A stretch of DNA of 62,594 bases, counting the filler, from Candidatus Desantisbacteria bacterium CG1_02_49_89 (GTDB lineage: Bacteria > Desantisbacteria > UBA1551): the NCBI GenBank assembly GCA_001871075.1. It is 5 parts of 5 records of this genome, joined end to end, with 100 filler letters (N's around TTAATTAATTAA, not from the genome) between each part and the next. Parts side by side here need not be neighbours in the genome. Positions count along the whole stretch, not along the records: positions 9,973 to 15,580 come from MNUP01000024.1; positions 15,681 to 25,985 come from MNUP01000026.1; 3 more parts are not named here. The stretch is one strand, 5' to 3'. This document shows, piece after piece, positions 10,352-21,612 of this stretch. The translations under genes were made by a program, and so were the position numbers. The notes beneath the pieces were generated by a model. The model did no database searches. It worked only from the letters and a program-made list of their open reading frames with translations, and was not told the DNA's origin. Every line of letters begins with the position of its first letter. The stretch's first letter is position 1.

Positions 10352-10407
10352 AAAAAAACGGGCTGGTTCCAAATCACTTAATGATTCAGAAACAGCCCGT
10401 TTTTTTT
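10352..10407. terminator. Bidirectional intrinsic terminator downstream of groEL
   Basis: AAAAAAACGGGCTG...CAGCCCGTTTTTTTT. Confidence 0.65.
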
Positions 10408-10414
10408 AAATAAA

Positions 10415-10517
10415 ATTATGAGTTATGAATTATGAGTTATGAATCAACGGCAAGGTATCGATTTAAATAAAATTCCATGCATTTGACTCATAATTCATCA
10501 TTCATAATTCATAATTG
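10415..10517. repeat. TTATGAR 7-mer inverted tandem element
   Basis: (TTATGAG/TTATGAA)n - core - (TCATAAT)n; relatives at 41919, 46848, 52888, 54605, 54862, 60311. Confidence 0.9.
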
Positions 10518-10525
10518 TTTTCTAG

Positions 10526-12181
<1,656 letters not shown>

Positions 12182-12187
12182 TTAACT

Positions 12188-12283
12188 GCGTATCAGCGTA
12201 TCAACGTGTCAGCGTATCAGAGCAAATGCAAGGAATAATTTATTTCAATAAATCCTTGTTACTGCGTTGACACGTTGACACTG
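12188..12283. repeat. TTGACACG 8-mer inverted tandem element
   Basis: GCGTATCAGCGTATCAACGTGTCAGCG - GCAAGGA...TCCTTG - GTTGACACGTTGACAC. Confidence 0.85.
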
Positions 12284-12285
12284 CT

Positions 12286-12576
12286 TTATTTAACGATGCC
12301 GAGGATATCTTCTTCTCTTATGATAAGATAATCCACACCATCGATCTTCACCTCAGACCCGCCGTATTTGGGGAAAAGAACTTTGTCTCCCTTTTTGACC
12401 TGCAGCGGGACCTTCTGACCGCTGTCCAAAAGCTTTCCGTCGCCGACGGCAATAACCTCGCCTTCCTGCGGTTTCTCCTTCGCCGTATCCGGTATTAAAA
12501 TCTTGCCTTTGGCTTGTTCTGCCACTTCCTCTAACGGCTTCACCAGAACCCTGTCTCCCAATGGAACTATCTGCAT
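12286..12576 (-). CDS. groS: Co-chaperonin GroES
   Basis: PLGDRVLV...[18 protein letters not shown]. Confidence 0.99.
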   Translation of the reverse strand: MQIVPLGDRVLVKPLEEVAEQAKGKILIPDTAKEKPQEGEVIAVGDGKLLDSGQKVPLQVKKGDKVLFPKYGGSEVKIDGVDYLIIREEDILGIVK

Positions 12577-12602
12577 TTTACTCCACCTCCTTTCTTTTTT
12601 GA

Positions 12603-12723
12603 GATTACGGTGATTATCAACTTATGATTACGGTGATTATCAACTCATGATTACGGTGATTAAAATAATCACTGCAATCTCTTTCATAATCACTGTAATC
12701 ATCTTCTAAAAATCACTGCAATC
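12603..12723. repeat. GATTACGGTGATT inverted tandem element
   Basis: 3x GATTACGGTGATT then 3x AATCACTG(C/T)AATC; relatives at 18250, 35570, 42622. Confidence 0.9.
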
Positions 12724-12724
12724 A

Positions 12725-14656
12725 TTATTTATTGTCATCGCGGTGGAATTCCGCGTCAACAGCGCCGTCTTTCCCGGGCTGCGCCTGTTCGGAACCTTCG
12801 GCCTGCGCCTGCGCGCCGGCGCCCGGACCTGCGGCGCTCTCGGCGCCTGCGCTCTCCGCTCCGGGCTGTTCCTGGCCGGGTTTTGCCTGCCTTTTTGTCT
12901 GCGCTTCCTTATAAACAGCCTCGGAAAGGCGGTAAGTCGCGTTGGTGAGTTCCTCCGTCGCCTTCTTGATCTTTTCCGCGTCCTTTCCTTTCAAGGCTTC
13001 TTTCACTGTGTTTATCGAAGATTCGATCTTTGATTTCTCGTCAGCCTTGATCTTGTCCCCGTGCTCCTTGAGCAGTTTCTCGGTCTGGTAAACAAGAGAA
13101 TCAGCCTGGTTCCTCGCTTCCACTTCCTCCTTGCGTCTTGCGTCTTCCGCGGCCGCTTTCTCGGCTTCCTTGACCATCCTGTCAATTTCATCCTTTGAAA
13201 GCTTTGTGGGGGCTGTGATCCTTATGCTCTGTTCCTTACCTGTACCAAGGTCTTTCGCGGAAACGTGCAGTATGCCGTCCGTATCGATATCAAACGCGAC
13301 CTCGATCTGCGGGATTCCGCGCTGCGCCGGCAGTATGCCTGTGAGCTGGAAAGTGCCGAGTTTCGTATTGTCATCAGCCATCGTCCTTTCTCCCTGCAGC
13401 ACGACTATAGCAACTTCAGGCTGGTTGTCTGCCGCGGTCGAAAAGATCTGGCTTCTGCGCGCGGGAATAGTTGTATTCCTTTCGATCAGTTTCGTGAGAA
13501 CGCCTCCCAGCGTTTCAACTCCCAGGGAAAGCGGCGTTACGTCAAGCAGGACAAGGTCCTTGTCTTTCAGCTCTCCTGCGATCACCGCGCCCTGGACAGC
13601 CGCGCCCATTGCAACGCACTCCATTGGGTCAATGCCCCTTTCAACCTTTTTACCGACATAATCTTCAACGAATTTCTGCAGCACCGGCATCCTGGTGGGG
13701 CCGCCCACAAGTATTATCTTTGAAATTTCGCTGGGGCTTATCTTCGCGTCTTTAAGCGCCTGTTCTATTGAACCGCGGCACTTTTCTATGATATCCATAA
13801 CCAGCTCTTCAAGCTTTGCCCTTCTAAGGGTCAGCGCAAGATGCTTAGGGCCTGTCTGGGGGTCGCCTGTTATAAAAGGAAGGTTGATGTCAGTGGAGAG
13901 TGTGGTGGAAAGCTCTATCTTCGCCTTCTCCGCCGCCTCCCGCACCCTCTGCATTGCCATTTTATCCTTCTTAAGGTCTATGCCCGATTCCTTCTTGAAT
14001 TCCCCGGCAACGTAATCAACAAGGATGTTATCCATATCAGTGCCGCCCAGCTGTGTGTCACCGCTGGTTGACATAACCTTGAAAACACCCTTATCCATGT
14101 CCATTATTGTAACATCCAGAGTGCCGCCGCCGAAATCAAAAACCATGATCTTCTGTTCCTGTTCCAGCTTATCAAGCCCGTACGCAAGGCAGGCTGCTGT
14201 AGGCTCGTTGATTATGCGCACAACGTTCAGGCCGGCTATCGTGCCCGCATCCTTGGTCGCCTGGCGCTGGTTATCGTTGAAATACGCAGGGCAGGTTATG
14301 ACGGCTTTCTCTATCTTACCCCCTATGAACGCCTCAGCGTCCTTCTTGATCTTCTGCAGTATGAACGCGGATATCTGCTGGGGGGTATATTCCTTTCCAT
14401 ATATATTAAGCTTAATGTCCTGGCCCATCTTCCTTTTAACAGCCATAACAGTGCCTTCGGAGTTTGCGACTGTCTGGCGCCTTGCCGGCTCGCCGACAAG
14501 GAGCTGCCCGTCTTTCGTGAATGCGACGTATGAGGGAAACGCCTTACCTCCGATGGATGTGCCCTCGGCGCTCGGGATTATAACCGGCTTCCCCATCTCC
14601 ATTACTGACGCCGCTGAATTGCTTGTTCCCAGGTCTATTCCTATAATTTTGGCCAT
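12725..14656 (-). CDS. dnaK: Chaperone DnaK (Hsp70)
   Basis: [33 protein letters not shown] motifs. Confidence 0.99.
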   Translation of the reverse strand: MAKIIGIDLGTSNSAASVMEMGKPVIIPSAEGTSIGGKAFPSYVAFTKDGQLLVGEPARRQTVANSEGTVMAVKRKMGQDIKLNIYGKEYTPQQISAFILQKIKKDAEAFIGGKIEKAVITCPAYFNDNQRQATKDAGTIAGLNVVRIINEPTAACLAYGLDKLEQEQKIMVFDFGGGTLDVTIMDMDKGVFKVMSTSGDTQLGGTDMDNILVDYVAGEFKKESGIDLKKDKMAMQRVREAAEKAKIELSTTLSTDINLPFITGDPQTGPKHLALTLRRAKLEELVMDIIEKCRGSIEQALKDAKISPSEISKIILVGGPTRMPVLQKFVEDYVGKKVERGIDPMECVAMGAAVQGAVIAGELKDKDLVLLDVTPLSLGVETLGGVLTKLIERNTTIPARRSQIFSTAADNQPEVAIVVLQGERTMADDNTKLGTFQLTGILPAQRGIPQIEVAFDIDTDGILHVSAKDLGTGKEQSIRITAPTKLSKDEIDRMVKEAEKAAAEDARRKEEVEARNQADSLVYQTEKLLKEHGDKIKADEKSKIESSINTVKEALKGKDAEKIKKATEELTNATYRLSEAVYKEAQTKRQAKPGQEQPGAESAGAESAAGPGAGAQAQAEGSEQAQPGKDGAVDAEFHRDDNK

Positions 14657-14762
14657 TGTGCACCTCGCTTTCCAACTACAGTGTCAAGTAACAAGTGCCA
14701 AGTGTCAAGTAGAAACTGTTTTTACTAACTACTTGTTACTTGTAACTTGTTACTATTTAATA

Positions 14763-14779
14763 AGCAAGGAGAGTGCCAA
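14763..14779 (-). promoter_or_regulatory. Sigma54 -24/-12 promoter for dnaK-groES-groEL
   Basis: Minus strand TTGGCACTCTCCTTGCT = TGGCAC-N5-TTGC. Confidence 0.8.
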
Positions 14780-14906
14780 CTTGGTTAGAATTGCAAATTG
14801 CAAATTGCAGATTGCAGATTTATATTGATTTTATTGAGAAATAATTGAAACTATAATTATATAGCCGTGATAATCTGTGTAAATCAGTGTCTAAATATGC
14901 CTTGTA

Positions 14907-14947
14907 TGTTCCGTTTTGAAACAATTTATATGTTCCATCTTGATACA
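14907..14947. promoter_or_regulatory. Tandem upstream activator sites (TGT-N11-ACA x2)
   Basis: TGTTCCGTTTTGAAACA and TGTTCCATCTTGATACA, 24 bp apart, 130-170 bp upstream of the sigma54 promoter. Confidence 0.6.
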
Positions 14948-15110
14948 TATAAAAAGCTTTTTACAGGGATTTAGAGAGATTTAAAATACAGTCATGAGTC
15001 ATGTGTCATGAGCAAAATAAATCTATTTTCGTGTTTTCGTAGTTTCCTCGCCCATCCTTTTAGGTGGGCGAAGTCTCGCCCGCTGAAAGACGGGCGGAGT
15101 GCTTTCGTAG

Positions 15111-15580
15111 TTAATACTTGAGGCTGAATTTTTTCATTTTGCGGATGAGTGTTGTCCGGCCTATACGCAGTTTTTTGGCAGCCTGGCTTTGGTTGCCGTG
15201 GCATTTTACGAGGGTTTCCCTGATGGCTTCCTTTTCCATGTCTTCCATTGTCCTGAATTCAGGGGTAACAGGCTCGGGAAGGGCCTGCCTTGCCGGTATA
15301 AAGGCGGGAAGCTCGTTTTTCGTAATCGTATTGCCTTCGGACACTATGACCGCGTGCTGTATTATGTTGTCAAGCTCCCTGACATTTCCCGGATATTCAT
15401 AATTCAGCAGCATCACCATTGCCTCATCGGAAATGTTCGCGATATTTTTTTTGAACTGCTGGTTGTATGCGCGTAGAAAGTAGGCAAGCAGGAGCGGAAT
15501 ATCATCCTTTCTTTCCCTTAAGGGCGGTATGTGGATCTGGATAACGTTTATGCGGAAAAACAGGTCTTCCCGGAAAGTTC
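15111..15580 (-). CDS. Sigma54-dependent Fis-family activator, C-terminal part (contig end)
   Basis: FREDLFFRINVIQIHIPPLRERKDDIP...YPGNVREL...GNQSQAAKKLRIGRTTL. Confidence 0.95.
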
Positions 15581-15680
15581 NNNNNNNNNNNNNNNNNNNN
15601 NNNNNNNNNNNNNNNNNNNNNNNNTTAATTAATTAANNNNNNNNNNNNNNNNNNNNNNNNNNNNNNNNNNNNNNNNNNNN
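15581..15680. other. Artificial contig linker
   Basis: N-run with TTAATTAATTAA. Confidence 0.97.
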
Positions 15681-16369
15681 TTTTCATCCCCTTCGTCTCC
15701 GAGATGAGAAAGCACAATAACAATATCGGCCTTGCCTTTTGTGTCAGCAATGATCTTTTTCAAAACCGCTGCCGGGTCAAGGATCACAAGCCCTTCGATC
15801 TTTTCTTTGGGGAAGAAAAGGAACGCCCTGTCATTCACAACAGACGCTATCAGGATCTTAAATCCGCCTATATCCTTGATTATGTACGGCTTAGTAAATA
15901 ATGGGGACTGTCCCGATTTTTGTAAGTCAAAATCGGGACTGTCCCCTTTTACTGCGATCGTCGCTGACAGGAACGGGAAAGTTGCTTTCCCCATAAGTTC
16001 CTTGAGCGCTTCTTTCCCGTACATGAATTCCTGGTCACCCAGGCCGATCGCGTCGTAACCCATCAGGTTTACGGCTTTTATAGCGTATTCCGCCTGGTCC
16101 TGCGGCGCAAGCACCGGGAACAGGTCACCCGAATCCAGGACAAGGATATTCCGGTATTTCTTGCGCATTTCCTTTATGAACGCCGCGCGCCTGGGCATTC
16201 CGCCGTTAAGCAGGTTCGGGCAGGTCGGGCAGGCATTCAGCCTTCCGTTGGAGGAGTTAGTGAACAGTATTGTAAGTTCGCCTGATTTGTTCTCCTGCGC
16301 AAAAATTGAAAATGAAGAATAAATCGCCAAAGGTAAAAAAATTAGCAATACAATTTTTTTTAGTGACAT
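15681..16369 (-). CDS. Secreted 5'-nucleotidase-like metallophosphoesterase, truncated at contig end
   Basis: GGMPRR...LDSGD...MGYDAIGLG...FPFLSAT...IVLSHLG. Confidence 0.8.
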
Positions 16370-16425
16370 ACTCCTGCCTCTCTATACTGATATTTCTGTT
16401 CTATTTAAATATTTTTCGTAAAAAA

Positions 16426-17601
16426 TTAGAAAGTTTGGCAAAAACCTAAATTTATCTGATCGACTTTTAATGTAAAATAAGGAAGGAATCCGGATCCATT
16501 GCTGTCCTCTGAAACGTTGAAATTATATGCATCCAATGCCTTTTTTAAATGCTCATCTCCCTGTGCTCCGCAGATCCAGCCGCCTATAGGACTTATGATC
16601 CACATACCCCATCCTCCTGCACCACTCAGAATGGAACCTGCCACATAAAGTCCTGAATTATAGCTATAGTAAGCATAATTATATTGAAAAGAAGAGATCT
16701 GTAATACTAACCCAACCCAATACATAGCCTCAAAAACCGTCCCTGCTACCGCCCATCCCTCACAGGCTTTATACCATCCTATCGCTTCCTTGATCTCAAA
16801 TTGAGCAGATCCGGGAAAACCGCTTCCTTCAAGAAGTTGTTCTACAGTCTTAACATTTGACAGCTTTAACGTTTCGTTCAGGGTTCCATCGCCGTTTGCC
16901 CCGCAGATCAGCCCGCCTACCGGAGTAACAAAATACGCGTAAGGAATGAGGCCGAGTGGCACCCACGTGGCGCATGCTTTATACCAGCCTATCGCGTCCC
17001 TAAGTTTCTGCTGTACCGGAGGAGTAAAAGAACTCTGATAAAGAAGTGTATCAAAAGAAACGGCGTATCCTTTCTTGGTTTTTTCTTCTTTGATAATTCT
17101 CTGAGGGACTTTCTCAAGCGCGGATAATCCTGCTATCTTGCTTGCGATATTCCTGAGCGAAATAAGAAGTGAGTCCTCCTCACACCCGGCGCATTCTTCT
17201 GTCTCTGCTTTTTCTATCTGGCCCGACTGCACATCTATGATCTTAACATTGATCAAATAGGTACTGCCTATCTTGCCTATTGTGCCGGTAAATATCTTGC
17301 GCACGCCAAGCAGCTGGCCCATCTGTATAAGGCATTCCTGGGAAGTGCAGCCTGTCATCTGGAACTGCTGTTCCTTTAATATCTGTTCCATATTTTCTCT
17401 TGTCACAATGGTGAATTTTGCGGTATTAACAAGTTGCGTGCGCAGATAATCGGACAGCATAAATACCACGCCAGGAGAAACTCCTTCCTTTGCTTCCATC
17501 TCCATTACCGCAGCGGTCACTTGTATTTCCTGGGCGTATGCCGAAAGTATAAAATTTAACATTAAAAACAAGGTCTGGGCCACCACTACGGTCTTTTTCA
17601 T
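16426..17601 (-). CDS. Secreted/membrane protein with CsgG/HfaB-like N-terminal domain and duplicated Cys-containing domain
   Basis: RENMEQILKEQQFQMTGC..QECLIQMGQLLG motif; internal repeat IGWYKAC...P.GG.ICGA.GD. Confidence 0.65.
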   Translation of the reverse strand: MKKTVVVAQTLFLMLNFILSAYAQEIQVTAAVMEMEAKEGVSPGVVFMLSDYLRTQLVNTAKFTIVTRENMEQILKEQQFQMTGCTSQECLIQMGQLLGVRKIFTGTIGKIGSTYLINVKIIDVQSGQIEKAETEECAGCEEDSLLISLRNIASKIAGLSALEKVPQRIIKEEKTKKGYAVSFDTLLYQSSFTPPVQQKLRDAIGWYKACATWVPLGLIPYAYFVTPVGGLICGANGDGTLNETLKLSNVKTVEQLLEGSGFPGSAQFEIKEAIGWYKACEGWAVAGTVFEAMYWVGLVLQISSFQYNYAYYSYNSGLYVAGSILSGAGGWGMWIISPIGGWICGAQGDEHLKKALDAYNFNVSEDSNGSGFLPYFTLKVDQINLGFCQTF

Positions 17602-17668
17602 GGCGTCTCCCGGTGAACAATCATTCCATTTCTTTTTTACACGTTTATCTAAATATCTACGCTATAAT

Positions 17669-18226
17669 CTATTTCAGTAATTGGCTCAACTTCTCGTCAA
17701 GCTTCTTGTCTATTTCCTTGTCTTCTTTTGAAACTGACAGGATCTTGCGGTTCTTATCGATGAGTATCGTGTGCGGAACTGACTCAAAACCGTATTTCTG
17801 GAGTGTCTTCTGGTACATGTCAAGCAAAATGGGAACTTCAACGCCGTAATCTTTTATGAACTGAGGAAGCACTTCCTCGGGCTTTCCGTCAATGCTTATC
17901 AGGAACATTTTCAAGCCTTTGTCCTTATATTTTTCATAAATTCTCTGGAGGGCAGGCATCTCCTCCATGCACGGGAAGCATATGGTAGAAAAGAAATTCA
18001 GGATCACGACGGCTCTCTGTTTCTTTAGCGCCGGAGGGGTCTTAGTGTCATCAACGTCGCAGAAATTCTTGAGGGAAACGTAACTGCCTTCAAAATCGCG
18101 CAGCATAAAAAGCGGAGCCAGCTGTCCGGGTTTCACGGGTTTCAGTTCAGCGGCCTGAATAACAGCTGAAAGCTGAAAGCCCAAAGCTGAAAGTATGATG
18201 ATAATCAAAAAAATAAGCTTTTTCAT
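17669..18226 (-). CDS. TlpA-family thiol-disulfide oxidoreductase
   Basis: LNFFSTICFPCMEEMP CxxC; YGFESVPHT; start reassigned to MKKLIF after GGAG RBS. Confidence 0.9.
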   Translation of the reverse strand: MKKLIFLIIIILSALGFQLSAVIQAAELKPVKPGQLAPLFMLRDFEGSYVSLKNFCDVDDTKTPPALKKQRAVVILNFFSTICFPCMEEMPALQRIYEKYKDKGLKMFLISIDGKPEEVLPQFIKDYGVEVPILLDMYQKTLQKYGFESVPHTILIDKNRKILSVSKEDKEIDKKLDEKLSQLLK

Positions 18227-18407
18227 TTTTTCTCCTTTTTTTGATCTCTGATTACAGTGATTTCTGACTGCGATTACGGTGATTATTTGTTTATTATTTA
18301 AGCTATGACACTCTGATACGGCGCCTGCCCGCCGAAGCACCAACAAACCTTTTCGAATAGAAAATTTTAGGTTTGTTGGGTATTTGCGCAGGCGGGACAC
18401 TATGATA

Positions 18408-19052
18408 CTATGACTCTTTGAATCCTTTCTCCCTCAACAGGCAAGCGTCGCATTTCCCGCAGGGTTTTTTCCCGCCCGCGTAACAGGACCAGGTCAGATC
18501 AACCGGCACCCCAAGCCTTTCCGCGAGCCTGACGATCTGGGCTTTGTTCATTTTGAGAAGCGGCGCTATAATAGCCGCGGGCCTGCCCTTGATACCGCAT
18601 TTTGTGCCCAGCCTGGCAACGAGCCTGAAAGCGTTGAAATATGAAGGCCGGCAGTCCGGGTATCCGCTGAAATCAACAGCGTTCGCCCCTATAACCACCG
18701 CGTTCGCGCCTATTGTTTCAGCGCAGGAAAGCGCTATACTGAGGAATATAGTATTTCTTGCCGGCACATAGGTTGAGGGGATCCTGGATCTTATTTCTTT
18801 TAATGACGACGGCCTTGGCAGCCTGCCCGAGCCGCCGAACAGGGAACTGCCCTTCCACGGCAAATTTAACTTTACTATTTTCAGCTGACAGCCTGCTTTC
18901 CGTGCGACTGCAGCCGCGGACCTGAGCTCTCTTATATGGCGCTGTCCGTAGTCAAAAGCAAGGCACAGGCATTTCCAGCCTTTTGACCTTGCCCAAAAAA
19001 GCGATGTTGAGGAATCAATACCGCCTGATAAAAGAACCACTGCCTTTTTCAT
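18408..19052 (-). CDS. queC: 7-cyano-7-deazaguanine synthase
   Basis: LLSGGIDS, TYVPARN, GYPDCRP, CGKCDAC. Confidence 0.98.
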   Translation of the reverse strand: MKKAVVLLSGGIDSSTSLFWARSKGWKCLCLAFDYGQRHIRELRSAAAVARKAGCQLKIVKLNLPWKGSSLFGGSGRLPRPSSLKEIRSRIPSTYVPARNTIFLSIALSCAETIGANAVVIGANAVDFSGYPDCRPSYFNAFRLVARLGTKCGIKGRPAAIIAPLLKMNKAQIVRLAERLGVPVDLTWSCYAGGKKPCGKCDACLLREKGFKES

Positions 19053-19178
19053 AATCTTTTAACCACGAATTCCCACGGATTCTTTGCTTCGCAACATTCT
19101 TTGTGGGCTACGTCGATAAACGACGAATTTCACGAATTATAAACTTGTAAACTCTGTAAACTATGTAAACTGTATAAA

Positions 19179-19541
19179 CTATTTTTTTCTATAAACAACG
19201 CGCACGGAATCGGATTCTGAAACGCAAACTTCAACAAGGTTTGGCAGGATTTTTTTCAGGCCCGAAAAAATAAATTTCGCTATGTTCTCAGAGGAAGGAT
19301 TGTTTTTCCTGAAGAAATCGATCTGGTTCAGGAACGCATGGTCAAGATTTTTATTGACGAAACCTTCGGCTATGTCTTTTACTTCTCCGGCATCCCTCAC
19401 CATGCCCAGCTTGTCCAGTTTACCCGAACGCAGGAATACTTCAACCTTCCAGTTGTGCCCGTGAAGCTTCGCGCACCTGCCTTTGTGCCCGCGTATGCTG
19501 TGAGCCGCCGAAAAATCAGTCCCTACTCTCAATTCAAACAT
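19179..19541 (-). CDS. queD: 6-carboxytetrahydropterin synthase
   Basis: FSAAH...C..LHGHN...LDH..LN...PSSENIA. Confidence 0.95.
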   Translation of the reverse strand: MFELRVGTDFSAAHSIRGHKGRCAKLHGHNWKVEVFLRSGKLDKLGMVRDAGEVKDIAEGFVNKNLDHAFLNQIDFFRKNNPSSENIAKFIFSGLKKILPNLVEVCVSESDSVRVVYRKK

Positions 19542-19594
19542 CTTTTTCTCTCTTAAACTCTGACACGCTGATACACTGACACGTTGACACGCAT

Positions 19595-20404
19595 TTAGCT
19601 GTATTCCTCTATATCGATCTTTTCAACGCTGTCAACCTGGTGCCCAAGGAATGCGCCGCCTATTTTTTTGAATTTTTCCGGGTTATCGCTTACAAAAAAT
19701 TTATGCCAGCCCTTGCCTTTACCTTCGTTAGCAAGCCCTCTTTCGCGCAGCACGTCGGCGCACTCGCTGGCAACCCCGCCCGAATCTACTATTGAAACTC
19801 CGCTGCCCATAATTTTCTTTATTGTTTCCCTGAGTAAGGGGTAGTGCGTGCAACCGAGTATAAGCGTGTCAATTTTCTCCTTCTTCAGGTCTTTCAGGTA
19901 CTCGCCGGCTATGGACACGGTCTCTTTCCTGTTAAACCATCCCTCCTCAACCAGGGGCACGAACAGCGGGCAGGACTCCGGAAATACCTTTATGTCCGGG
20001 CCGCTGTTCTTGATCTCTCTCTCGTACGACCCGCTCGAAACAGTGCTTTCCGTGCCTATCACGCCTATTTTCCTGTTCTTTGTGCACAGGACCGCAAGCC
20101 TTGCGGCGGGCGCTATAACGTCAATTATAGGCACTGAAGGGAATTTCTCCCTCAGGAATCCCATCGCTGTGGCAGAAGCTGTATTGCATGCCACGATAAC
20201 AAGCTTGACGCCGTGAGTAAGCAGGAATTTTATGTTGCCTTTGCAGAATTTCCTTATCGTGTCCGCGCTTTTCGTCCCGTAAGGAACCCTTGCGGTATCT
20301 CCGAAATAAACCACGTTTTCATGCGGAAGGTGGTTGAATACTTCCCTGGCTACGGTCAGCCCGCCTATGCCCGAATCAAAAATCCCCACCGGCCTCTCAT
20401 CCAT
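19595..20404 (-). CDS. murI: Glutamate racemase
   Basis: FDSGIGG, ACNTAS, LGCTHY. Confidence 0.98.
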   Translation of the reverse strand: MDERPVGIFDSGIGGLTVAREVFNHLPHENVVYFGDTARVPYGTKSADTIRKFCKGNIKFLLTHGVKLVIVACNTASATAMGFLREKFPSVPIIDVIAPAARLAVLCTKNRKIGVIGTESTVSSGSYEREIKNSGPDIKVFPESCPLFVPLVEEGWFNRKETVSIAGEYLKDLKKEKIDTLILGCTHYPLLRETIKKIMGSGVSIVDSGGVASECADVLRERGLANEGKGKGWHKFFVSDNPEKFKKIGGAFLGHQVDSVEKIDIEEYS

Positions 20405-20419
20405 TTCTTCCTCACAAAC

Positions 20420-20505
20420 AGTTTACAGGTTTATAAGTTTACAAGTTTATAGAGTTATATCAAAATTATTGGACTTTGTAAACTATGTAAACTTTGTAAA
20501 CTCTA
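20420..20505. repeat. GTTTACAA/TGTAAAC 8-9-mer inverted tandem element
   Basis: Left arm AGTTTACAGGTTTATAAGTTTACAAG, right arm TGTAAACTATGTAAACTTTGTAAAC; relatives at 19140, 31778, 52780. Confidence 0.85.
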
Positions 20506-21612
20506 TTTACTACTGTTTTTTAAATATTCCCTTACGCCGTTATATATGGCTTCCGCTGCCATCTTCCTGAAAGACTCGGTCGCAAGCTTTGCTTCCTCCG
20601 GCGCGTAGGAGAGGAAAGCAACCTCCACAAGGACTGACGGCGCGGCGACTCCCCTCAGCACGTAAAAAAGCGCTGTCTTTACGCCGCGGTCCGTAAGCTT
20701 CAGTTTCTTTACCATATTAGCCTGGATGCTGAAGGCAACCATGCTGCTCTCGCGCACGAATTCGTGATAGATCATGTCTTCAAGGATGGACCTGAGGTAT
20801 TTGTCTTTTGACACCCCGAGCTCCCTGATCTCCAGGTTCACAACTGAGTTTTCAAGGACTTCAACCGCCCTTGCCTCTGGATCAACCGCCTCGGAAACGA
20901 AAAAAGTCTCGCATCCCTGCATCTTCGGCGAGAAAGCGGCGTTGCAGTGTATGCTTATGAAAAGCCCCGCTCCCTTCGAATTCGCGAAAGTTGCCCTGTT
21001 CGCAAGGGTCACGAACGTATCTTCATCCCTTGTCATCAGAACCCTGACCGGCAGGCGCATTGTGATAAGCCCGGCAAGTTTTCTCGCGATATCAAGATTT
21101 ATTTCCTTTTCCATCAAACCGTTCGGACCGATCGCACCCGGATCATGGCCGCCGTGGCCAGCGTCAACTATGATGAGATTGATCTTTGGAATAAATTGTT
21201 CTTCCTGCTCCTGCTTCTGCTCCTGCTCCTGCTTCTGTTTCTGCTCCTTTACCTCGTTTTTTACACCTGCTTTTGCTGATTCTCTAAGCAATCTGCCTGA
21301 AAACGCCTTGACCGCGAAACTGGACGGAACAAAAATAACGCCGTCTAAAATTTTAACCGGTGCTTCAAGGCTGAAAAGCCTGTTGTTAATAAGAGCGCGC
21401 TGGCCCTGCGGGAGCAGAACAACGGTTTCACCCGGCCCTTTCAGGACTATCCTTCCGGGATAGAACTTGTGCTGGTAGTTAAAACCATATCCCTTGCATA
21501 TATCTTCCAGCGCGATATATTCCCTGCCGTCGATCTCCGTTGTTTTCAACTCGGCCGCCTGGCAAAAAGATGCAATAAATATAAAAATCAGTATTGAAAT
21601 ATAGGATTTCAT
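20503..21612 (-). CDS. N-acetylmuramoyl-L-alanine amidase (Amidase_3)
   Basis: DAGHGGHDPGA, EKEINL, FISIHCNA, VLVEVAF. Confidence 0.95.
   Translation of the reverse strand: MKSYISILIFIFIASFCQAAELKTTEIDGREYIALEDICKGYGFNYQHKFYPGRIVLKGPGETVVLLPQGQRALINNRLFSLEAPVKILDGVIFVPSSFAVKAFSGRLLRESAKAGVKNEVKEQKQKQEQEQKQEQEEQFIPKINLIIVDAGHGGHDPGAIGPNGLMEKEINLDIARKLAGLITMRLPVRVLMTRDEDTFVTLANRATFANSKGAGLFISIHCNAAFSPKMQGCETFFVSEAVDPEARAVEVLENSVVNLEIRELGVSKDKYLRSILEDMIYHEFVRESSMVAFSIQANMVKKLKLTDRGVKTALFYVLRGVAAPSVLVEVAFLSYAPEEAKLATESFRKMAAEAIYNGVREYLKNSSK

Noticed and set aside
12775..12890. GAESA repeats in the DnaK tail
   Set aside because: Ordinary disordered DnaK C-terminus
14750..14780. CIRCE operator upstream of dnaK
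   Set aside because: Only a TTGGCACTC half-site; the second arm is missing, and a sigma54 -24/-12 element fits better
14025..14828. Long antisense ORFs over dnaK, groEL, hypF, pyr and DUF362 genes
   Set aside because: Shadow frames of well-conserved genes
18227..18400. N-terminal ORF extensions of TlpA (likewise 5359, 7515, 49247, 51716, 52933, 56262)
   Set aside because: Run through repeat or intergenic sequence; better starts lie downstream
18408..19541. queC-queD as a 7-deazaguanine DNA modification (dpd) system
   Set aside because: Housekeeping context, no dpdA/tgt-like gene nearby
21200..21248. QE/QK 6-nt repeat in the amidase
   Set aside because: Frame-neutral low-complexity interdomain linker; no matching intergenic family found
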